Source: Octopus vulgaris (taxonomy: Eukaryota). From it: 64,000 nucleotides of DNA. Numbering within the stretch: position 1 is the first letter of the stretch; every line of letters starts with the position of its first letter. Of the stretch, positions 12,924 to 24,133 are shown one piece after another. Made by a program: the position numbers and the translations under genes. The stretch is from assembly GCA_951406725.2 (NCBI GenBank), contig OX597824.1, positions 66,836,001 to 66,900,000 of the forward strand, written 5' to 3'. Under the pieces are notes generated by a model. It had not been told where the DNA came from and searched no databases. It worked only from the letters and a program-made list of their open reading frames with translations.

Positions 12924-14870
12924 GTGAGTATGTATAAGTCTTGAACTACATTGGTGGTGGTGGGTGGGCTGACAGGGAGATTGGTGGATAGTTGTTCACT
13001 TTCAATGGCTTGCCAGGTGATGATTGTTAGTTGAGAAGCAATCTGGAAATTGGCATCATCATCATCATCATCATCATAGCAGAATTATTAGCAACCCTCA
13101 CAAAATGCTGAGTGACATTTTTCCAGCTTTATGTTCTGAGTTCAAATTTTGTTGAGATCAACTTTGCTTTTTGCTCTTTCAGGGTTGATTAAATAAATAC
13201 CAGTTAAGCCCTGGGGTTGATGTAATCAACTTCCCCACTCCCTCAAAATTGCTGGCCCTGTGCCAAAAATCAGAAAGAATTATTAACCACATAAAAAGCA
13301 CTCATGCCAGGCCATGCATAAAGCACTTGTGCTGGTGCCACATAAACAATACTCAGCACATCTGTTGATGTTAGGAAGGGCATTCAGCTGTTGAGACCAA
13401 GCCAATGCAGACTGGAACCTGGTCCAACTCTCCAGCTTGTCAGATCTGGTCACACCAACCAGCATGGAAAGCAGATGTTAAATTATTATTATTGTGTTTA
13501 AGGCAGTGGATTGGCAAAAATGAGAGCATTTGGTAGAATACCTTACAGTATTTTGTAATGTGACTATATTTTCTAAGTTTGAATCTTATCAGAATCAACT
13601 TTACCTTTTGTCTTTCTGCAAGGCAATGGAAGTTGATGGAATAAAAACCAGTCAACAACTGGTATTTATTCCATCAACTTCCACTGATTTAATAGACTGC
13701 TTACACCATCAAAAATTAGAAACGCTCATTGTTGTTGTAACCTGTTTAGTTTTTATGATGTTGCTGTGTGGGTGGGGGTGAGGAATGTTTTGTTTTATTA
13801 TCATTGCCTTAATGTTTAAATTGTAAAAGAAAAAAGAAAGAACCTAATGGTGTCATTATCGTCTTCTGTGACATCATTATTATCATTTTAATGAAGTACA
13901 TATATCCACATAGGCCTGTGGTGGTTGTGAATTGATTTCATCCTGGATTCTGTGGTGTAAGAGTGAAGAGACAAATCTTACCACCAAATAAGATGCTCTT
14001 CATTATCATCATCATTAACCTCTGCTCATTCCAAACTGGCATGGATTGGATGAAACTTCTTGAGGTTGTATTCTATGGCTGAATGCCCAATCTTTAACAT
14101 GTGAAACCACTGAGCTGCAGGCCATAACTAAATATCACTGCTGCTCAAGTGGTGTCAATGCAACACAGTCAAAATAGCAGCTAAATCACCTTCAAATACA
14201 CCCTATTGGTTTAAGAAGAATATATTAGATAATGTGTTCTTTTAGCTTTCATTACCACCACCACCATCGTCACAACTATCATCATCATCACCATTATCAT
14301 TACAATCATCATTACCATCACAACCACAATTGTCATCACCATCCATTATCAGTTCTGTCATTATCACTAGCTGCATCCAAAGTCTTAACTTCTATCTCCA
14401 CTGTTTATGTCCAGAGTTTCTGGCTGCCGATTTTTATTGGCCAAAGGCATTCTAGATGTGATTCTCAATGATCTTTTTAGAGATATTTCTAGGGCTTCAT
14501 TATCCTGTGTGTTTTCTTTAAGACTGTAGGGTGTGATTTGAAGGGTGTTTGACTGCTACTTTTTAACTGGTCAAATGGCCACATAGAGGTTTCTTCATCA
14601 ACAGGTATTGCATTTGCATTTGTTGTGAGGCATGCCTTTGTTGAAATCTGTTACCAGAAAAGATCTAACCATCAGTGGATATAGGTATTTTATTGATGTT
14701 GTTGGGGATGGCAAGGTGTCAATATTTGGTTGACTGTCTTTGTAATTGCCTTGTTAACGTCATCATCATTACCATAGTAGCCTCTGTATGTGCCACTAAT
14801 CATCATGATCATGATACTGTCCACCAAATTTTATTGACCCTTTCAATAATTAAGTAAATTTCCATTACAG

Positions 14871-14915
14871 GTGTGACATTACCAATCTTTGAGCATTATC
14901 AAGATGGAACTGACA
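14871..14915 (+). CDS. ATP6V1D: V-type proton ATPase subunit D, coding exon 4
   Basis: TTACAG| GVTLPIFEHYQDGTD |GTAAGT; 45 nt. Confidence 0.96.
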
Positions 14916-15715
14916 GTAAGTATACTTTTTACTTCGCCCTCATCATCATTACATATCACACAAAAATTTTTTTTTTGCCACTTACCAGGTACCCACCTAT
15001 TGTTCTCACTTCCAATGTATCAAAGGTGATGAAGATAGTTGTCAACGACTACATCTTTTAGCTTTTTGAGCCTCTCTTTTTTTTTTCTTTTTTTTTCAGT
15101 AACCATCATTACTGTTTTTGTAACCAAATCCTCACCCTATCCCTGCTTTATCATACACCTGTAATCTCTATAGTAATATAGTTTCCTTAAACCTATTTAA
15201 CATGAGAACTTGTTAGCTAAATTGACCAGATATGGGCTCCATGTACATCTCATCACTTGAGCCAAAAATTTCTTTTAACACTACTCTGTTGCAATATGTA
15301 TTGACAAAGCTCTCTCTATCCTACATTCTATAAACCTTACATTCTGGGTTCAGTTCTGTATATCACACTTTTCCTTCTATACATTAAGGACCCTTCCACT
15401 GTAACTTCTAAGAATTATTCTTATTCACATTCACCTTCCACTCGCGTGCAATTTAAATAGTCCATGTCAGAGTTACACTGCTTTCATATACAAAGACATT
15501 GGATTTATTTTCAGTTGACACATCATGAGGATCTTACTTTCAAGAGCACCAAAACTTAATTCTTACTTCACATAACAAGGGAACTGTTTTGGAACATTGC
15601 ATCATCCTTACATATGATCAGTACCCTATTAAATAAAAAACAAACCCTTAGTCACTATAATTGTTAGTTTCAGTCTCAGCTGAGCTTTCATGGTGAACCA
15701 TACAATATCATAAAT

Positions 15716-18379
15716 CAACTGGAGGTTTCTAAGGGACAACCTGCTGAGAGCCACTGACCAGATCTGTGGTTGGTGCAAAGTCCCCTCTAGACCCAAAATA
15801 ACGTGGTGGTGGAACAATGTTGTTGACAGGGCTATTAGACAAAAGAAACAGGCTTGGAAGGACTGGAAGAACAGTGGTAGCAGGGAAGTGTATCAGACTG
15901 CCAGAAGGGAAGCTAGGAGGCAGGTGTATTTAGCCAGAGGAGAAGCAGATAAGAAAAAATGTGCCAATGTTCTGCGCTGTGAGGATGAAAGACTTGAGGT
16001 ATTTCATGTTGCAAGACAGTGTGTGAGAGAGAATCGTGATGTGGTAGGAGAGAAATGTGTTCGCATGGATGATGGTTCATTTGCGCTAAATGAGGATGCA
16101 AAGAGAGAGCTTTGGAGACGCCACTATGAAAGGTTGCTGAATAAAGAAAATGAATTGGATAAAGAGAGTCTGCTGAATGTCGACCCAACAGAGGGGCCAG
16201 CTATCTGAGTTGACAGTTCCTTGGTAGATAAGGCAATTAGAAGCATGAAGACAGGGAAAGCCCCAGGCCCATCAGGAACTACTGCAGAGATGCTCAAAAT
16301 ATCTGGTAGTGTCGGCTATAGCCTAGTCACCCATATAGTTAACCAGGTGATACACGAAGGAGTCATTCCCAATGACTGGTGTAGCAGCATAATAGTCAAC
16401 TGCTACAAAGGTAAAGGTGACGCCCTAGATACAAATAACTACAGGGGTATCAAGCTGCTGGATCAGGTAATGAAGGTTACGGAGAGGGTCATAGCCCAAC
16501 TAATTAGAGAGAAAGTCAGTTTAGATGAGATGCAGTTTGGGTTCATGCCAGGGAAAAGTACTACTGATGCTATATTCCTGGTAAGACAGCTGCAGGAGAA
16601 ATACCTAACCAAAGATAAGCCCCTGTACCTGGCTTTTGTTGACGTGGAGAAAGCCTTCAACAGGGTCCCCCAATCCCTTATCTGGTGGTCAATGAGGAAA
16701 CTAGGGATAGGTGAATGGTTAGTGAGAGCTGTGCGAGCCATGTACAGGGACACTGCTAGTAAGGTGAGGGTTGGCAACGAGTACAGTGAAGAATTCCGGG
16801 TAGAGGTTGGGGTCCACCAAGGTTCAGTCCTCAGTCCCCTCCTATTTATCATAGTCCTCCAGGCAATAACGGAGGAATTCAAGACAGGATGCTCCTCTAT
16901 GCTGATGACCTTGCTCTAATTGCTGAGTCACTATCAGAACTGGAGAAGTTTCAGGTGTGGAAGCAAGGATTAGAATCGAAGGGCCTTAGAGTCAACCTAG
17001 CTAAAACCAAAGTCCTAATAAGTAGGAAGGTAGACAAATCACAAACGCCTTCAAGTAGATGGCCCTGCTTGATCTGTAGAAAAGGCGTAGGTAGAAACTC
17101 TATAAGATGCACCAAGTGTAAGCTATGGACAAATAAGAGGTGCAGCAATGTCAAAGGAAGGCTAGCTAGGAAAATAGTTTTTGTATGTGGCAGATGCTCA
17201 GGAGCAATAAACACTGAAAATGTGAAGAGACCAACTTCCACCACATTCCAAGGAGAAAAACTAGAAATAGTTGATAGCTTCCGTTACCTAGGTGACCAAG
17301 TCAGTAGCGGGGGTGGGTGTGCTGAAAGTGTAACTGCTAGAGTAAGAATAGCCTGGGCAAAGTTCAGAGAGCTCTTACCCCTGCTGGTGACAAAAGGCCT
17401 CTCGCTCAGAGTAAAAGGCAGACTGTATGATGCATGTGTACGAACAGCCATGCTACATGGTAGTGAAACATGGGCCGTGACTGCTGAGGATATGCGTAAG
17501 CTCGCAAGGAATGAAGCCAGTATGCTCCGATGGATGTGTAATGTCAGTGTTCATACTCGACAGAGTGTAAGTACCTTGAGAGAAAAGTTGGACCTAAGAA
17601 GCATCAGTTGTGGTGTGCAAGAGAGACATTTGCGCTGGTATGGTCATGTGACGAGAATGGCTGAAGATAGTTGTGTGAAAAAGTGCCACACCCTAGCGGT
17701 TGAGGGAACCTGTGGAAGAGGTAGACCCCGGAAAACCTGGGACGAGGTGGTGAAGCACGACCTCTGAACTTTAGGTCTCACCGAGGAAATGACTAGAGAC
17801 CGAAACCTGTGGAAGTATGCTGTGCGTGAGAAGACCCGGCAGGACAAGTGAGACCATAACCCATGGCCTCTACCTGGGATGTAGCCAGTCCACTTATGCA
17901 TACCTTTCCTTCTTGAGACACAAAACTCTACTTGTGAAGACCTGTTGAGGCAAGTGGAAATCGAAATCAAAATCGAAATCGATCAACATCAATGGAAATT
18001 GCAGCTGTGATACCAGTGCCGGTGGCAAGTAAGCGGACCATCCGAACGTGGCCGTTGCCAGCGCAACCCCGATGGGCCTCCGTGCCGGTGGCATGTAAAA
18101 AGCACCATCCGATCGTGGCCATTGCCAGCCTCACCTGGCCCCCGTGCCGGTGGCACGTAAAAAGCACCATCCAACCGTGGCCGTTTGCCAGCCCCGTCTG
18201 GCACGTAAAAAGCACCCACTACACTCACGGAGTGGTTGGCGTTAGGAAGGGCATCCAGCTGTAGAAACATTGCCAGATCAGACTGGGCCTGGTGCAGCCT
18301 TCTGGCTTCCCAGACCCCAGTTGAACCGTCCAACCCATGCTAGCATGGAAAGCGGACACTAAATGATGATGATGATGAT
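15716..18379 (+). mobile_element. 5'-truncated RTE-clade LINE in ATP6V1D intron 4 (RT pseudogene)
   Basis: TWWWN, GKAPGPSG, NYRGIKLL, QFGFMPGKSTTDAIF, FVDVEKAFN, GVHQGSVLSPLLF, LYADDL, FRYLG, LRWYGHV, RGRPRKTW. Stops at 16206 and 17765 and a frameshift near 16890. 3' UTR has tandem repeats and a (GAT)n tail. Confidence 0.96.
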
Positions 18380-19272
18380 AATATGGTCATGGTATTCTCA
18401 GCATTGTAGTGGTGGGAGAGTACTTAATCTGTCATCCAGTTTAACACCATCTTCTGAGCCTTGTAATAACTTTAGAGGAGCTCACTCTGTTGCTAACATT
18501 CAAACTGGGTTTACAGTCTGTGGATAATTTTCCCCTTTCCTCTAACAACGCCTGTAAAAAGTCATCATGTGCACTGGCCTTCATTGTCTGTTGAGGCCAT
18601 AAAAAAAAAAGAAAGAAAGAAAGCTTATTAGAGTAAGAAAACATTTCAGCCTTGATGAGAGACTGATATTAAAATAATGCTTAAATCACTGGCTGGGATG
18701 ATGCTACATTCTTATGCATATTTATCATCACCCCACTCCGCTAAAGGCCATGTTACTGATTGGTAAAGATATTTCATCAACTAGCTACAAACATGAATTA
18801 GATCACACATACACACAGGTTTCCTGGCTTTGTATCTTTAGCTTCTCCAACTAACGAGCTACATACTACTTGTATCTCCTAAGAGCTCTAGATGCCCCCC
18901 TTCTTTCCTCCACTTGTCATCATGTGTGTGTGTATGTACGTACATACGTGTGTGTACCCAATGCTTCTTTCCTGGAGCCACAGTCCTTGCAAGTTCACTT
19001 TTGGCCCATATTTTTGCTTCAGCTATCAACAACCTACAGAATTACCAACTGAACTACTGCCACATTAGTCCCACTAGCTTGAAAACATGTGCAAAGATCA
19101 TGGAAGTTATGCAACATATCTTTCCACCACCCCACACTCTTTTACTTGTATCTGTATGTATGCAAGCATACATAGAAGCATTTGTACATATACACATCTT
19201 TACATGTTTACACCTACACAACTTCTGGTCATATGTTTCCTTTGTGTGACCCATGATCTTTTCTCTTTCCAG

Positions 19273-19443
19273 CCAATGAACTGACTGGACTGTCACGTGG
19301 TGGCCAGCAGATTGACAAACTGAAGAAAAATTATGCCAAAGCTGTACAGCATCTTGTTGAGTTGGCTTCATTGCAGACGTCCTTTGTTACATTGGATGAA
19401 GTCATCAAACTGACCAACAGAAGAGTCAATGCCATCGAACATG
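19273..19443 (+). CDS. ATP6V1D: V-type proton ATPase subunit D, coding exon 5
   Basis: TTTCCAG| TNELTGLSRGGQQIDKLKKNYAKAVQHLVELASLQTSFVTLDEVIKLTNRRVNAIEH |GTGAGC; 171 nt; contains the family signature TNRRVNAIEH. Confidence 0.98.
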
Positions 19444-19570
19444 GTGAGCTGAAATTTTGTTGTTGTCAATGCTGAGTTATTGTCATGTTGTTTATATGTT
19501 CTTCTTATTTCAGTTGTTGAGTTGTTCTTGCAGTTGTTTTCTTTATTACTACTGCTGTTATTGTTGTTGT

Positions 19571-19765
19571 TAAGCAACAAGATGGGTAAGGGGGATTAGG
19601 TGATGGTCTAGGACTTAGGAGCGGGAGACCCCAGACCTTGGGAAAAAAAAAACCTTTGGTCATCTTGTTGTAGTCGAGGGCTCTTCGTTGACGCTCGACA
19701 CCATTGGGAGGTGGCTTTCAAAGTCGCTGGAAATGGAGATCTCCAGGTCCAAATTCTTGAACGGC
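19571..19765 (-). mobile_element. Short unclassified retroposon with (AAC)n tail, copy 1
   Basis: End-to-end similarity with 55553-55747; adjoins a (TTG)n tract. Confidence 0.7.
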
Positions 19766-20204
19766 TATTGCTGCTGCTGTTCTCACTGCAATTATTGTTG
19801 TTTTTATTGCTGTTGTTCTTTTTGCTGGTATTATATTATTCTGGCTGCCATTGTTCCTCTTTGTGCTGTTGTGTTGTTCTTACTGCTACAATTGTTGCCA
19901 CTCACACCACTTTTTCTCTTGCTTCTTTTCTCAATACTTTTGCGATGTTCTGGTTATTGTCAATAGCCTGGTGATGGATGGATTCTTCCAAGGCTTATTC
20001 TTGAAACACATTTTTATTTTAATAAGTTAATTTTGGTGCTGATGCCACATAAAAAGAACGCAATCCAATCTGTAAATTCGTTGACATTAGGAAAGGCATC
20101 CAGCTGTAGAAACCATGCCAAAGCAGATAGTACAGCTTTGCATAGTCCTCAGGTATGCCAGCTTCTGTTAAACCGTCCTACCCATGGTACACATTAAATG
20201 ATGG

Positions 20205-21353
20205 TAACAACAGGGACAATAGACACCACAGATACTCAGAAAACAGATTCCATCACACTCCAGGGGAAGAAACTAGAAGTAGTTGATAGTTTCCGCTACC
20301 TGGGTGACCAAGTTAGTAGTGGGGGTGGATGCTCAGAGAGTGTCACCACTAGAATACGAATAGCCTGGGCAAAGTTCAGAAAGCTCCTACCCCTACTGGC
20401 GACAAAGGGTCTCTCACTCGAAGTGAAAGGTAGATTGTATGACGCATGTGTGGGAACTGCCATGCTTCACGGTAGTGAAACATGGGCTGTGACTGCAGAG
20501 GACATGCGTAGACTTGAAAGGAATGAAGCTAGCATGATCCGCTGGATGTGTAATGTCAGTGTGCGTGCACGACAGAGGGTAAGCACCCTGAGAGAAGTGC
20601 TGGACATAAGAAGCATCAGATGTGGTGTGCAAGAGCGACGCTTGCGATGGTATGGTCATGTACTGCGGATGGATGAGGAGAGATGTGTGAAGAAGTGCCA
20701 CTCCCAAACAGTTGAAGGTATGGGATAAGGTAGTCAAGCATGACCTCAGAGTGTTGGGCCTCACTGAGGCAATGACGAAGGACCGAGATCTCTGGAGATA
20801 TGCTGTGACTGCAAAGACCCGGGCTGCTTCCTGCACCAGTTCCGCAAAGCCCCTGCCCATTCAAAGTACCTTGGATTCCAGAACATCTCGCTGTGCTTGA
20901 GGAGACCTGTTGAGTCAAGTACATGAACATCGAAATAAATATCAATGAAAATAGTAGTTGTGATACCTGTGCCGGTGGCACACAAAAAGTACCATCCGAA
21001 CTTGGCCGATGCCAGCACCGCCTCAACTTGCTTCTGTGCCGGTGGCACATAAAAAGCACCATCTGGACGTGGCTGATGCCAGCGCCGCCTTGGCTGGCTT
21101 CTGTGCCGGTGGCACGCTAAAAGCACCAACCGATCATGGCCAATGCCAGACTCCCCTGGCACCTGTGCAGGTGGCACATAAAAAGCACCCACTACACTCG
21201 CGGAATGGTTGACGTTAGGAAGAGCATCCAGCTGTAGAAACACTGCCAGATCAGACTGGAGCCTGGTGCAGCCCCTGGCTTCCCAGACCCCAGTCGAACC
21301 GTTCAACCCGTGCTAGCGCGGAAAACGGACGTTAAACGATGATGATGATGATG
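20205..21353 (+). mobile_element. 5'-truncated RTE LINE in ATP6V1D intron 5
   Basis: ORF 20198-20728 (LEVVDSFRYLGDQVSSGGG...LRWYGHV) closely resembles 16889-17767; same 3' UTR repeats and (GAT)n tail. Confidence 0.93.
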
Positions 21354-21566
21354 AACATGGTCTGTTCAGGCATTCTTTGGTAACTCAAAATATAAAAGGC
21401 TGGAACTAAATACTGCAAGACATTTTGTCTGATGCTTTAGTAAATCTGTCAATCTGCCAACTCTTAGAAATAGCAATAATTATAAATTCAAATTATGATG
21501 AATGTAAACAAACAAACGAAGTTTGCTTTAGTAGCGTTCAGATGTCTTAGAAAGTTAAAGAAGTGA

Positions 21567-21835
21567 TATTAAATTCTCAAACGCAGGATAATGCTAATAA
21601 TATAGCCTGAACAGGATAAGCTACCCCTATTCTGCAGGAAAAAGTGTAGCAGCCGGCTATGAGACTCGAACTCACACCTCTGTGATTACACGTAGTGGAG
21701 CACCGTGATGTGTAATCACGGAGGTGTGAGTTCAAGTCTCATAACCGGCCACCAACACTTTTTTCTGCAAAATAGTGGTAGCTTATCCTGTTCAGGCTAT
21801 ATTATTAGCATTATTCTGCATTTGAGAATTTAATA
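21567..21835. repeat. Long inverted repeat (arms about 125 bp, 18-nt loop) containing a tRNA-like sequence
   Basis: 21567-21691 is the near-perfect reverse complement of 21710-21835. Confidence 0.9.
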
Positions 21836-23060
21836 ATTATAAGTAAAATAAATGATAGGTAATAGGGATATATGGGTGGGAAGCAAACAGGAGGTGAGGG
21901 GGTTTTTTTTCAGTATTTTCCAGTGGAAAGAAATTTTCTACAGCCAAGGATCAGGTGACTGTGGTAAACTGGGAAGTGCATTAGGGGCCCATCACCTAAA
22001 TGACAGATTAAATAAGCACAGGCACAGCTTTGTGGTTAGAAGTTTGCTTCTCAGTTGCATATTTCCAGATTTAGTCTTACAGCACAGCTCCTTGGGCAAG
22101 TGTTACTATAGCCCCAGGCCAATCAAAACCGTGTGAGTGGATTTGATAGGCAGCAACTGAAAAAAACCCATTGTATATGTGTGTGATTGTATTTGCGTCT
22201 CCTTGTCTTGATATCACATGATAGTTGTAAATGATTGTCAGTGTTATTTGTTTCCAATATTCTGTGAGAACATGTCAGGCTATGGACAAATATCACCTTG
22301 CTTGGAAACAAGTGAGTGTTGGCAACAAGAAGGGCATCTGGCCATAGAGAATTTGCAAGTACAAGTCACGTACTGGGGTTGATTTAGTTGAATAATCCTC
22401 TCCCCTAAAATTCTGGTCCATTTTTTGTGAAGTTTCCATCTTCCCAATTTCACAAGGTTATTGTACAAATCATGCAATAGGATCGAAAACTGTGTCATGA
22501 TCACAAAGCAAACTTCTTAACTATTCAATCATGCCTGTATTCTTATCAGGCTAAATTCTGTACAATATTTGTTGTTGAACTCTAGGTTCTTCTCTGATTG
22601 AGCAAGACCTATGATCAAATGTGTTCTAGTCATGACATTTTCATTTTTTGTATATATGACCTCTTGTAACAAAATCTAAAAACCTTGGCCATGTACTAGG
22701 GTTAGTTATATCAACTAAACCCCTTTCTAGCAAATGTGAGGCTTTGTGCTAGTGAAAGTTGTTATGGATATTAATGAAATGGATGAGTACTGGACCAAAT
22801 TCTTTTAGTTTTGTTCTTTTACTTTTCTAGATCCAAATTCAATCCAGGTAAACTATGTATTCCATTTACCCACTCAAGGGTTCACTATGTGCCAGACTTA
22901 TTCTGGGATTGGTTCAATTAGCTATAGCGGTGGTTTTGTGCAAATGCAAGAACTTCTCATCATTGCTTTGTCATTGTAGGAAATCCTTGTCATTGTGAGA
23001 GCTCCTCGTCACTGTTTTAACATTATAAGAACCCCTCTTCAATGTTTTGCTATTTTTCAG

Positions 23061-23139
23061 TGATCATTCCCCGTATTGAACGTACATTAAGTTATATCTC
23101 TGGAGAACTGGATGAACGTGAGAGGGAGGAGTTCTATAG
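23061..23139 (+). CDS. ATP6V1D: V-type proton ATPase subunit D, coding exon 6
   Basis: TTTTCAG| [26 protein letters not shown](R) |GTGAGT; 79 nt. Confidence 0.98.
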
Positions 23140-23985
23140 GTGAGTTCTTTAAACTTTTATCCTTCTTAACATCTCTCATTCTGTTGTCTCACACTGTTCT
23201 CTCTTCCACTTTCCCCGGTCATTATTGCCAGATTCATTGTTAATGTTTTTGCTGATGTGCAGCACTTCAATAATTTTGTTAGATTATAGGTAGAACATAC
23301 CACTATTTTGCTCTGAACTCTCTTTCACAATCTTTCTCATCTTCACACTGTTAGCTACAGTCTCTCTCATCTCCACTTTGCCTCACTCCTAATCTTCTGC
23401 CTTCACCCCTGCACAAAATTTCTGTCACTTTCACATGTTCATATTCACAATCTCTATTTTCTATCCCCATTAGCTATCTTTTGCACCCCATCATCATTTG
23501 TAGTGTTCCTTCATTTTCTGCTTGTGGTCCCTCTTTCCACTCATGTTCATTGTCTTGCTTTTTTCTTCCTCTCATTCATGGTCTCTCTCTTCTCCCACCT
23601 GTTTGTAATCTCTCTTTCTTCCCCTGTTGTTTGTAGTCTTCCTTTCTCTCTTACCTTGTCATTTGTGATCTCACCTCTTGTTTATAAACTTCCTTTTACT
23701 TTCCCTTCCATTCATTTGTAGTTTTTCTTCTCCCCTTTCAGTGTTCATAGTCTTTCTTTCCATCTATCCCTTATTCACATCTCTTAGTTTAGTTCCCTTT
23801 CTGATATTTGTTCTCACTTTTGCTCCCTTTTCACACTCTCCCTTCTGACTCATTCATTCATTCCTCATATCTCTTTAATGCTCTCTTACACTCTCTCTCT
23901 CTTTCTCACATTCTATCATTACCTTTATTTCTACATAAATGCATATTAACTTTCATTCTTCTCATTCTACCATCATCACTGGCAG

Positions 23986-24133
23986 GTTGAAGAAAATCCA
24001 GGAGAAAAAGAAAAAGATATATGCTGAGAAAGAAAAACTTAGAGAAGCAAGGAAGAAACTAGGAATTGAAATGCAGGTAGCTGCTAACCTCTTGGATGAT
24101 GAACATGATGAAGACTTGTTGTTTACTGACTGA
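23986..24133 (+). CDS. ATP6V1D: V-type proton ATPase subunit D, coding exon 7 (stop)
   Basis: GGCAG| LKKIQEKKKKIYAEKEKLREARKKLGIEMQVAANLLDDEHDEDLLFTD*; 148 nt. Total CDS 744 nt = 247 aa plus stop. Confidence 0.96.

Noticed and set aside
18000-18220. Regularly spaced palindromic repeats resembling a CRISPR array
   Set aside because: The spacers are similar to each other, the array is the 3' UTR of an RTE LINE, the context is eukaryotic and there are no cas genes.
21692-21754. Functional tRNA-Thr gene
   Set aside because: The acceptor 5' strand and most of the D arm/A box are missing, and the anticodon loop starts TG rather than YT. Kept only as a tRNA-derived sequence.
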